From Actinomycetes bacterium (lineage in GTDB: Bacteria; Actinomycetota; Acidimicrobiia; Acidimicrobiales; RAAP-2), in NCBI GenBank assembly GCA_021791635.1, contig JAJYWF010000002.1:4392-68391 (forward strand): 64,000 bases of DNA, read 5' to 3'. The first letter of the stretch is position 1; every line of letters begins with the position of its first letter. Positions 23,600 to 33,098 of this stretch are shown here, one piece after another. The notes below the pieces were generated by a model that worked only from the letters and a program-made list of their open reading frames with translations, did no database searches and had not been told where the DNA came from. Position numbers and translations under genes: made by a program.

Positions 23600-24301
23600 T
23601 CAGCGATCCTGGTCGCCCGTATCCCGCCACGTCGGGAGTCGGACCTGGTCGTAGAGCACGTCACGGTGCTCTCCGGCCAGGGCGGCGAATACGTGCTCAC
23701 CCCAGCGCTCGACACCTACGAGTGGCGACGGCAGCGTGTCGCGAGTGAACCAGCCCACGTCACGGCACTCGAGCGGGTGGGGCGTGAGCGTTCCTCCCTT
23801 GGACCGGCAGTGGAACACCAGTGAGTACAGCGGCACCCGGGTGAAGCCCAGGCGTAGCCCGTCCAGCACGGCGATCAGGCGGACCGGCTCGACTTCGATC
23901 CCGGTCTCCTCGCGTACCTCCTTCACCACCACTTCGGCCGCCGAGTACCCGACGTCGCACCAGCCGGTGGGGTAGAGCCACACCCCCGAGTCGGCCCGCT
24001 GGATCAGCAAGAGCTCCCCCCGGTCGTTGCCGACCGCCGCCCCGACCGCCACCTTGGGCGTGACGTACCCGGGCACACCCCGCCCCACCTCGCTCAGCCA
24101 CTCTTCGACCCGGCCCTGGGCGTCTTCGGGCACGTCCCCGGTCCCGTCCACCTCGGCCCGGATGTCAGCCGCCACGTGAAGGATCTCCTCGAAACGCTCC
24201 TGCTCGTAGAGACTTTCGGTGAAGCCGAGCCCGGTCTTGGCGATCGCCGCCAGGCTCTCGCTCCACCGCAGGAGGGTACGAGTAGGCACGACCTGGTCCA
24301 T
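23600..24301 (-). CDS. NUDIX hydrolase with an N-terminal helical domain
   Basis: Nudix box GWCDVGYSAAEVVVKEVREETGI. ATG at 24301. Confidence 0.8.
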   Translation of the reverse strand: MDQVVPTRTLLRWSESLAAIAKTGLGFTESLYEQERFEEILHVAADIRAEVDGTGDVPEDAQGRVEEWLSEVGRGVPGYVTPKVAVGAAVGNDRGELLLIQRADSGVWLYPTGWCDVGYSAAEVVVKEVREETGIEVEPVRLIAVLDGLRLGFTRVPLYSLVFHCRSKGGTLTPHPLECRDVGWFTRDTLPSPLVGVERWGEHVFAALAGEHRDVLYDQVRLPTWRDTGDQDR

Positions 24302-24389
24302 GACGACGACGCTACCGCGCCGCAGCCGGCGACGGTTCCGCTTGCCGACCCTGCACACCGACGGGTCGCACCGTGGACCAGAATGTGGC

Positions 24390-24590
24390 GTGCCCGTGAA
24401 CGACGACTGCCGCCACTACGTCATGCAGACCACGCCCCGGCGCGAGAAGCTCGAGCGATGCCGGGTCGGAGCCAACGAGCCTCTGCCGTTCTCCTGTCCC
24501 GACGGATGCGTGTTCTACGAGCCTCGCAAGGTGTCGTCGGCGGGTTGGCACGTCGCCCGGGAAGATGGCCCGTCCGACACTTCCCGGTGA
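24390..24590 (+). CDS. Small four-cysteine protein (hypothetical)
   Basis: VPVNDDCRHYVMQTTPRREKLERCRVGANEPLPFSCPDGCVFYEP... Its stop overlaps the next GTG (GTGA at 24587-24590). The start is uncertain (GTG at 24390 or 24396). Confidence 0.45.
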   Translation: MPVNDDCRHYVMQTTPRREKLERCRVGANEPLPFSCPDGCVFYEPRKVSSAGWHVAREDGPSDTSR

Positions 24591-25135
24591 CATCGGTTCC
24601 GTTCCCGACACTCAGCGCCGGACCGATCCGACTGCGCCGGTTCCAGCTCCACGACGTGACCGCGGTGGTGGCAGCAGGTGCCGATCCCGTCACTCCGCTC
24701 GTCTCGTCCGTGCCCCCGAATTGCTCGGCGCCCGAAGCGGCGGCGTTCGTCGAGCGCCAGCGTCACAGCTTCCAGGACGGGACCGGCTACTCCTTCGCCA
24801 TCGCCGACGCCCGGTCTGACCGCGCTCTCGGTGGGCTCGGGCTGTGGCTCCGGGACGCGGACCTGGGACGAACTTCGGTCGGGTACTGGGTGCTGTCGGA
24901 GGCTCGGCGGACGGGGGTGGCCGGGAGGGCGCTGGACGCTGCCTGTGCGTGGGCGCACCGCACACTTGGGATCCCCCGTATCGAGCTCTACGTCGAACCG
25001 TGGAACGTGGCCTCCATCCGGACCGCCGAGCACGTCGGTTTCGTCTGTGAGGGCCTCGTCCGGAGCTGGGAGGAGGTAGACGGCGAGCGACGCGACATGC
25101 TCATGTACTCGCTGCTCGCTTCCGACCGGCCCTGA
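24587..25135 (+). CDS. GNAT N-acetyltransferase, RimJ/RimL-like
   Basis: RRTGVAGRAL loop and IELYVEPWNVASIRTAEHVGF. GTG at 24587. Confidence 0.75.
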   Translation: MTSVPFPTLSAGPIRLRRFQLHDVTAVVAAGADPVTPLVSSVPPNCSAPEAAAFVERQRHSFQDGTGYSFAIADARSDRALGGLGLWLRDADLGRTSVGYWVLSEARRTGVAGRALDAACAWAHRTLGIPRIELYVEPWNVASIRTAEHVGFVCEGLVRSWEEVDGERRDMLMYSLLASDRP

Positions 25136-25175
25136 CCGCGGCACCGGCCGTCGGCCAAGCGAACGGTGACGGCGT

Positions 25176-25415
25176 TCAGCTCTCCAGGACGTCCCCGAGG
25201 AGGTCCACCCGGATCCCCTGCTGGCGGAGCCAGACCAGGGCCGCGTCCACAGCCTCCCCCGAACCGTCCAGCTCGCACACGATCCATCCCTGGTGGTCGT
25301 CGACGTTGGCACGGCGGATGTTCGGCTCCACGTCGAACCGCCGGACCATCCGGGCCAGGATCGGAGCCTGCACCAGGCTCTCGGGGAACGTCAGCTTCAC
25401 CCTCACCTGGATCAC
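25176..25415 (-). CDS. Stand-alone NIL-domain protein (79 aa)
   Basis: VIQVRVKLTFPESLVQAPILARMVRRFDVEPNIRRANV... resembles the MetN C-terminal NIL domain. GTG at 25415 overlaps the larE stop. Confidence 0.65.
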   Translation of the reverse strand: MIQVRVKLTFPESLVQAPILARMVRRFDVEPNIRRANVDDHQGWIVCELDGSGEAVDAALVWLRQQGIRVDLLGDVLES

Positions 25416-26323
25416 GCCCGTCCTCCGCCTTCTTCGATCGCCCCGGAGACCGTGGTCGCCCCGGGAACCGTGGACGCCCCGGGGACGAGCATCCGGTTCA
25501 TGCTCCCAGAGCGGAAGCCGTCGAGGTCGAGGGCGACGAACGCATAGCCCGATGATCGCACCGCGGTGACCACGTCGGCTCTCCTGGCCAGCACGTCGGC
25601 CAACTGCTCCTCGGGCACCTCGACCCGGGCCGTCGGGCCGTGGTGGCGCACCCTCACCTGGGTGAACCCCAACCGGCGCAGGGCAGACTCGGCCCGGGCC
25701 ACCGAGCCCAGGGCCCCAAGGGTGACCGGCGTGCCGTAGGGAAGGCGGGAGGCCAGACAGGCGGCAGCCGGCTTGTCCCAGGTCCGGAGGCCCAGCCGAC
25801 GTGACCAGCTCCGCACGTCGGACTTCGTCAGCCCGGCCTCGGCCAGCGGGAACCGTGCACCCCGTGTGGCAGCAACCTGCTGGCCCGGTCGGTAGTCCCC
25901 GAGATCGTCCACGTTCACTCCCAGCACTACCGTCGCCCCCTCGGCGACGGCGACCGGCTCGAGCGCGCCCATCAGGGCATGCTTGCACCGGGCACACCGG
26001 TCGGGTCCGTTGGCCACGTAGGCCGGGTCGTCCAGCTCGTCGGTCACAATCGCCCGCCAGCGCAGCCCCCACTCGGAGGCCAGGGAGCGGCAGTCCTCTC
26101 GCTCTTCGGGGGCCAGCGACGGTGAGATCGCGGTCACACACAGCACCCGGGACGGCCCCAAAAGGTCGTGAGCCACCCAGGCCAGGAATGCCGAATCGCT
26201 CCCCCCACTGAACGCCACCACCACCCGGTCCAGATCTTCGAGGACCCGGCGCAGGGCGGCGAAGCCGTCCTCGTCCCCCCCGGGCGCGGCCCGGGCCACC
26301 GCGGTCCGGGTGACGCCAATCAT
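25412..26323 (-). CDS. larE: PP-loop ATP-dependent sulfur transferase, LarE family
   Basis: SGGSDS PP-loop, CARC (CxxC) and AAACLASRLPYG. ATG at 26323 overlaps the hemQ stop. Confidence 0.8.
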   Translation of the reverse strand: MIGVTRTAVARAAPGGDEDGFAALRRVLEDLDRVVVAFSGGSDSAFLAWVAHDLLGPSRVLCVTAISPSLAPEEREDCRSLASEWGLRWRAIVTDELDDPAYVANGPDRCARCKHALMGALEPVAVAEGATVVLGVNVDDLGDYRPGQQVAATRGARFPLAEAGLTKSDVRSWSRRLGLRTWDKPAAACLASRLPYGTPVTLGALGSVARAESALRRLGFTQVRVRHHGPTARVEVPEEQLADVLARRADVVTAVRSSGYAFVALDLDGFRSGSMNRMLVPGASTVPGATTVSGAIEEGGGRA

Positions 26324-27060
26324 CCTGGGCTCCCGGCGGTCGGGGCCACCCCGGTCGCCTGAGCGACCCCCGACAGGACCTCGGGCAGGTCTCCGACGAC
26401 CCCGGTGTAGAACGGCCCGAACTCGGCGAACACAGCCGAGGCTTCGTCGAAGCGCATCTGGTAGACGCAGTCCTTCAGATCGTCGGGATGGACGCCGAAC
26501 AGCGTGACCCCCCACTCCCAGTCGTCGAGACCGGTGGAGGCGGTGATGAGCTGCAGGATCCGATCGTGGAAGGTCCGGCCCAGCGCACCGTGACCCATCA
26601 TGAGGCGCTTCCGCTCCTCGAATTCGAGGCTGTACCAGTTCTGGTCGGCCGCCCGCCGCTTCGACATCGGATAGAAGCAGAAGGCCCGCTTGCCCTCTGG
26701 GGGGAGCTCTGGGTAGAGGCGGGCCTGCTTCATCGCGTCTGGGATCCCCGCTGCGTACTCGGAGAGCTCGGTCACCGACACGTAAGAGGCCACCGGCACC
26801 AGGCCGGCACCGTGCACCGCCGTCTGGAACTCCCGTTGCCCCCACAGGTCCGAGCCGAGCACCACGAGGCCGACATCCGCCTTGTGGCCAAGCATCGCCA
26901 CCGACACCACGTGACCACCTTGCTCGCCGACGTGGTCCACCGCGTCCCCGATCCGCACGGCGTCCAGCGCGCCTGCCACCCGGCAGAAGAGATGGAGGAC
27001 GCTCACCCCGACCGAGGGTCGAAGTGGCTCTCTACTCGAGCCTTCGGGCGTCGTTCCCAT
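26320..27060 (-). CDS. hemQ: Coproheme decarboxylase (HemQ/ChdC, chlorite-dismutase family)
   Basis: 246 aa with FCFYPMSKRR, WYSLEFEERKRLM and GLDDWEWGVTLF motifs. Confidence 0.85.
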   Translation of the reverse strand: MGTTPEGSSREPLRPSVGVSVLHLFCRVAGALDAVRIGDAVDHVGEQGGHVVSVAMLGHKADVGLVVLGSDLWGQREFQTAVHGAGLVPVASYVSVTELSEYAAGIPDAMKQARLYPELPPEGKRAFCFYPMSKRRAADQNWYSLEFEERKRLMMGHGALGRTFHDRILQLITASTGLDDWEWGVTLFGVHPDDLKDCVYQMRFDEASAVFAEFGPFYTGVVGDLPEVLSGVAQATGVAPTAGSPG

Positions 27061-27093
27061 GGCCTCAGCTTACGGAAACGGAGCCGGTACGCG

Positions 27094-27123
27094 GTCGAGG
27101 GGCGCCCGCAGGCGCCCCTCGAC
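27094..27123 (-). terminator. Perfect 13-bp stem / 4-nt loop hairpin downstream of groEL
   Basis: GTCGAGGGGCGCC-CGCA-GGCGCCCCTCGAC, 28 nt after the groEL stop. The downstream U tract is weak. Confidence 0.55.
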
Positions 27124-27150
27124 CTTCACGACACGTGCCGATGGAGGCGA

Positions 27151-28839
<1,689 letters not shown>

Positions 28840-28866
28840 TTAGCACTCTCATTCACTGAGTGCTAA
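28840..28866. promoter_or_regulatory. CIRCE operator (HrcA binding site)
   Basis: TTAGCACTC-N9-GAGTGCTAA is a perfect match to the consensus, 70 nt upstream of the groEL ATG. Confidence 0.9.
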
Positions 28867-28977
28867 TAGCAAACCACGCCGGGAGGCCGAGCGCAACTGC
28901 ACCCCAGGCGACCTGGTCCGGTCGGTCACCCGGGGGGGCCTCGGGGCTTCGGATCCCCGGTGCGACCAGCGTCGCCT

Positions 28978-29253
28978 TCAGCCGCCTGCGACGGCCGGGA
29001 CGATGGACACCGTCTGCCCGTCGGTCACGGTCGTGGCCAGCCCGTCGAGGAACCGCACGTCCTCGTCGGCCACGAAGACGTTGACGAAGCGCCGCAGGCC
29101 GCCGTCGTCGTCGAAGAGCCTGGGGGCGAACCCGGGGTGGGCCCCGTCGAGAGCGTGCAGCACCTCTCCGACGGTGGACCCTTCGACCTGCACCTCGCCA
29201 GCGCCGGCGGTCAGGGTGCGCAGCTGGGTGGGAATGCGGACGGACACGGTCAT
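28978..29253 (-). CDS. ThiS/MoaD-family ubiquitin-like sulfur carrier (CysO/MetO-like), ends in GG
   Basis: 91 aa with C-terminal ...SIVPAVAGG immediately before the stop. AAGGAG lies 7 nt upstream of the ATG at 29253. Confidence 0.8.
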   Translation of the reverse strand: MTVSVRIPTQLRTLTAGAGEVQVEGSTVGEVLHALDGAHPGFAPRLFDDDGGLRRFVNVFVADEDVRFLDGLATTVTDGQTVSIVPAVAGG

Positions 29254-29314
29254 CTCGTTGGCTCCTTGCTGTGGGCTGGGCATGAGGTCGGGGGGACGTC
29301 GGGGCGGGGCGGGG

Positions 29315-30595
29315 TCATGCCGGAGGCGGGGTTGCGCCCCTGTCCTCGCTGCCCCCGAGATCGTCCACGACGGTGACGGCCTCGTCAAACGCACTCAGGG
29401 TCGGGGCGATGGTGACCGTCGGACCGGTCCCCGGAGAAAGCGCCTCGACCGTCTTCAGCCCGTGCCCGGTCACCAGAGCCACCACCCGTTCGTCGCGGCG
29501 TACCACCCCCGATGCCGCCAGCTTGGCCAGCGTGGCGATGGTCACCCCACCGGCAGTCTCGGCGAAGATCCCCTCGGTCCGGGCCAGGAGCCGGATCCCG
29601 GCTCGGATCTCGTCGTCGGTGACCGCGGCGCAGCCACCGCCCGAGTCGCGGATGGCGGACAGCGCGTACCAGCCGTCGGCCGGGTTCCCGATGGCCAACG
29701 ACTTGGCGATGGTCGAAGGCTTGACCGGGCGGATGGCGTCGGCCCCTTCGGCGAACGCCGTGGCCACCGGAGAGCACCCGGCCGCCTGGGCCCCCGAGAT
29801 CCGCACCGAAGGACGACGGTCCAGCAATCCCACCTCTCCCAGCTCGGCGAACCCCTTGGCCACCTTGGTGAGCTGGCTCCCCGAGGCGATGGGGACCACC
29901 ACGTGGTCCGGTGCCTCCCAGCCGAGCTGCTCGGCGACCTCGAAGGCCAGGGTCTTGGACCCTTCGGCGTAGTACGTGCGGATGTTCACGTTGACGAACG
30001 CCCAGGTCGGGCGCTCGCTGGTCAGCTCGGCACACAAGCGGTTGACGTCGTCGTAGGTTCCCTCGACCGACACCACGGTCCCGCCGTACACGGCGGTCAT
30101 CGTGACTTTGGCCGTCTCGAGGTCGTGGGGGATGAGGACCACCGACGTCATCCCGGCCCGGGCGGCGTGGGCCGCCACCGAGTTGGCCAGGTTCCCCGTC
30201 GACGCGCACGCCGCCACCTTGAAACCGAGTTGGCGGGCTTTGGTGAGAGCCACCGACACGACTCGGTCCTTGAACGACCCGGTCGGGTTGGCCGTGTCGT
30301 CCTTGATCCAGAGCTCTCCCAGGCCAAGCTCGGCCGCCAAGCGGTCGGCCCGGACCAGCGGGGTGAAGCCGGCACCCAGGTCGACCGGGGCGTCGTCGTC
30401 GACCGGGAGCAGGTCCCGGTAGCGCCAGATCGAACGGGGGCCCTCGGCGATGCGGCCCCTGCTGACCACTGCGGCGATTCCGCGGTAGTCGTAGTCGACC
30501 TCCAACGGGCCGAAGCAGTAGTCGCACACGTGGAGCGCTTCGGCCGGGAACTGGCGACCGCATTCCCGACAGCGCAGTCCCGTGACATGGTCCAT
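29315..30595 (-). CDS. Threonine-synthase-family PLP enzyme with an N-terminal Cys4 zinc ribbon (candidate O-phosphohomoserine-dependent homocysteine synthase, MetM-like)
   Basis: CRECG...CDYC ribbon and PLP lysine motif PTGSFKDR, 426 aa. It is preceded by a SAM riboswitch-like leader. Confidence 0.85.
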   Translation of the reverse strand: MDHVTGLRCRECGRQFPAEALHVCDYCFGPLEVDYDYRGIAAVVSRGRIAEGPRSIWRYRDLLPVDDDAPVDLGAGFTPLVRADRLAAELGLGELWIKDDTANPTGSFKDRVVSVALTKARQLGFKVAACASTGNLANSVAAHAARAGMTSVVLIPHDLETAKVTMTAVYGGTVVSVEGTYDDVNRLCAELTSERPTWAFVNVNIRTYYAEGSKTLAFEVAEQLGWEAPDHVVVPIASGSQLTKVAKGFAELGEVGLLDRRPSVRISGAQAAGCSPVATAFAEGADAIRPVKPSTIAKSLAIGNPADGWYALSAIRDSGGGCAAVTDDEIRAGIRLLARTEGIFAETAGGVTIATLAKLAASGVVRRDERVVALVTGHGLKTVEALSPGTGPTVTIAPTLSAFDEAVTVVDDLGGSEDRGATPPPA

Positions 30596-30599
30596 CTCC

Positions 30600-30730
30600 G
30601 TCCTCCTCATCGGTCGGGCGTTGGCACCTGTTGTCGGCGCCCACGGGACCACGGTGTGGTCGGGAAGCCGGCAATGGTTGCCGCGGCGTCACAGGGCCCG
30701 TCCCTCAGCCGCTCTGGATGATCCCTCCAT
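30600..30730 (-). promoter_or_regulatory. SAM-I-clan riboswitch (SAM-I or a SAM-IV / I-IV variant)
   Basis: The minus-strand leader reads AUCAUCCAGAGCGGCUGAGGGACGGGCCCUGUGACGCCGCGGCAACC...AGGUGCCAACGCC...GAUGAGGAGGACGGAG-AUG. This matches the conserved S-box core. The P1 3' strand abuts the SD. Confidence 0.8.
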
Positions 30731-30845
30731 GGTGGTCCACGCAAGCGGCGCGCGTCAATGCCCCCACGAGAGCCCCGGGGAAGACGCCGACGTCCCCGGA
30801 GGACACGGTTCTACCCGACCGGTCAAAATCGGCGATGATCGGACC

Positions 30846-31640
30846 ATGAGCGCCGGCCCCCGGACCTTCTCCCGCTCCACGATCGCCACCGAGTTCTCCA
30901 CCGGACGGCTGGTGGCGGCCAAGGGCCGGCGGTCGGTGACGGTGTGCATCCCGGCCCGAGACGAGGCCCGAACGGTTGGCGCCGTGGTGCGTGCGGTGGT
31001 CGAGCCCCACGTGGCCGCGGCCGGTGGATCCGGCCTGGTGGACGACGTGCTGGTGGTCGACGACGGCTCGACGGATGGCACCGCCGATGTGGCCCGGGCG
31101 GGCGGGGCCCGAGTGCTCACGGTGGCGCCGGAGGACGCCGGGGGCAAGGGCCGGGCCATGCAGTCCGGTCTGGCCGCCTCGGACGGCGACCTGGTGGTGT
31201 TCCTCGACGCCGACGTGGAGAACACGACCCCCGAGTTCGTCACCGGGCTCCTCGGGCCGTTGCTGGTGCTGGACGACGTCTGCCTGGTGAAGGGTTTCTA
31301 CGAGCGTCCCATCGGCGCCGACGCCAGCGGCGGTGGCCGGGTCACCGAGCTGATGGCCCGACCTCTCATCGAAGTCCTGTTCCCGGATCTGTCGGGTGTG
31401 CGCCAGCCGCTGGCCGGCGAGACCGCAGCCCCCCGCCAGGTCCTGGAGAAGCTGACCCTGGCCGGGGGGTACGGAGTGGAGCTGGGACTCTTGGTCGACG
31501 TGGCCCACCGCTTCGGCACCACGGCGATCGCCCAGGTCGACCTCGGCGTGCGTGTCCACCGGAACCGCCCGCTGGCCCAGCTCCGTCCCCAGGCGGTTGA
31601 CGTCCTTCGGGCCGCCCTGGACCGGGTAGAGCACCTCTGA
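30846..31640 (+). CDS. gpgS: Glucosyl-3-phosphoglycerate synthase (GT81)
   Basis: VVDDGSTDGT and FLDADV (DxD) motifs plus GYGVELGLL. ATG at 30846. Confidence 0.8.
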   Translation: MSAGPRTFSRSTIATEFSTGRLVAAKGRRSVTVCIPARDEARTVGAVVRAVVEPHVAAAGGSGLVDDVLVVDDGSTDGTADVARAGGARVLTVAPEDAGGKGRAMQSGLAASDGDLVVFLDADVENTTPEFVTGLLGPLLVLDDVCLVKGFYERPIGADASGGGRVTELMARPLIEVLFPDLSGVRQPLAGETAAPRQVLEKLTLAGGYGVELGLLVDVAHRFGTTAIAQVDLGVRVHRNRPLAQLRPQAVDVLRAALDRVEHL

Positions 31641-31688
31641 GCGGGGGAATGCGGGTGAGAGGAGTTCCGGGCCGGTAGCGTCGGTGGG

Positions 31689-33092
31689 ATGCCCGAGGTT
31701 GTCGTGGTCTCCAACCGGGGTCCCCGCTCGTTCCAGCTGGACCGTACCGGCCGGCCGGTGCCCGCCGGGGCCGCCGGCGGAGTCGCCGGCACGTTGGGCT
31801 CCCTGCTCCGTGGGAGCGACGCCACGTGGATCGCCGCGGCCATGAACCCGGCCGATCGGGCGGCGGCGGCGGCCGGAATGATGTCGGGAGAGGGGATCCG
31901 GGTGCTCACTGTCGAGCCCGAAGCGGACGTGTACCGCATGGCCTACGACATCGTGGCCAACTCCACGCTGTGGTACTGCCACCACCACCTGTTCGACCTG
32001 TCCCGCCGGCCCCGCCTCGACCGGCGCTGGCACGAGGCCTGGGAGGCCTTCGGGGAGCTCAACGTCCAGTTCGCCGACGCCGTGGGCGATGCCGCGCCGA
32101 CGGGCGCCGTCGTCCTGGTGCAGGACTACCACCTGGCGCTCACCGGCAGCCTCCTGGCCAAGTCCCGCCCCGATCTGCGCACCGTGCACTTCAGCCACAC
32201 GCCGTTCGCCGGGCCCGAAGCCCTGCGCTCCCTGCCGGAGGCGGTGACCTCGGAGCTGCTCGCAGGCATGGCCGGTTTCGGCGCCTGCGGGTTCCACACC
32301 TCACGGTGGGAAGCAGGATTCAGGTCGAACTTCGAAGACGGCGCCCTGGCCCGGGGATCCGAGCCCCCGCCCCCCCCACGCACCTTCGCCGCACCACTGG
32401 GACCGGACCTCGACGGTCTGGCCGCCGAGCTCGCCGCCCCCGAGACCCAGCGGGCCCGTCGTGAGCTCGACTCGTGGATCGGTGACCGTCAGCTCATCCT
32501 CAGAGTCGACCGGGTGGAGCTCTCGAAGAACCTCCTGCGGGGCTTCTGGGCCTACGAGGAGCTGATCGAGACCCGACCCGGGCTGCGGGGGAAAGCGGTC
32601 ATGCTGGCCCTGCTCTACCCATCGCGGCAGGGTCTGGCCGACTACCTGGCCTACCGCTCGGAGGTCGAGCACGTGGCCGCCCGGATCAACGACACCTGGG
32701 GCTCGCCCGACTGGACCCCGGTGGTGCTGGACGTGGCGGACGACCGGAGCCGGTCGTTGGCCGCCCTGACCCGCTACGACGCACTCTTGGTGAACCCGGT
32801 GCGCGACGGGATGAACCTGGTGGCCAAAGAGGGAGCCCTGGCGAACACGGTCGCGGGTTCGGTCGTTCTCTCGCGAGAAGCCGGTGCATGGGAGGAGCTG
32901 CGGCCGGCGGCCATCGGCATCAATCCGTTCGACGTGTCCGAGACGGCCGCGGCGCTGGACCTGGCACTGGCGATGGGTCCCCACGAGAGGGCCGAACGTT
33001 CAGAGACCTTGCGCCGGATCGTTCGAGGCCGCGGTGCCGCCGACTGGCTCGCCGACCAGTTAGACGCGGCGCGGGTCCACACCGCCGGCTGA
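31689..33092 (+). CDS. otsA: Trehalose-6-phosphate synthase-like GT20 glycosyltransferase
   Basis: VVVSNRGP N-terminus, VQDYHL and NPVRDGMNLVAKE. Confidence 0.8.
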   Translation: MPEVVVVSNRGPRSFQLDRTGRPVPAGAAGGVAGTLGSLLRGSDATWIAAAMNPADRAAAAAGMMSGEGIRVLTVEPEADVYRMAYDIVANSTLWYCHHHLFDLSRRPRLDRRWHEAWEAFGELNVQFADAVGDAAPTGAVVLVQDYHLALTGSLLAKSRPDLRTVHFSHTPFAGPEALRSLPEAVTSELLAGMAGFGACGFHTSRWEAGFRSNFEDGALARGSEPPPPPRTFAAPLGPDLDGLAAELAAPETQRARRELDSWIGDRQLILRVDRVELSKNLLRGFWAYEELIETRPGLRGKAVMLALLYPSRQGLADYLAYRSEVEHVAARINDTWGSPDWTPVVLDVADDRSRSLAALTRYDALLVNPVRDGMNLVAKEGALANTVAGSVVLSREAGAWEELRPAAIGINPFDVSETAAALDLALAMGPHERAERSETLRRIVRGRGAADWLADQLDAARVHTAG

Positions 33093-33098
33093 TCCCGG

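Noticed and set aside
25176-26141. 321-aa ORF from the track (25176..26141) as a single gene
   Set aside because: Only the last 79 codons (the NIL domain, starting at GTG 25415) look coding. The upstream part overlaps larE in another frame and is Arg/Gly-rich.
29315-30595. Annotating this gene simply as housekeeping threonine synthase thrC
   Set aside because: It has a SAM riboswitch-like leader and is followed by a GG-terminated ThiS/MoaD carrier. These point to sulfur-amino-acid chemistry. It is kept as ThrC-family with a MetM-like hypothesis rather than as thrC.
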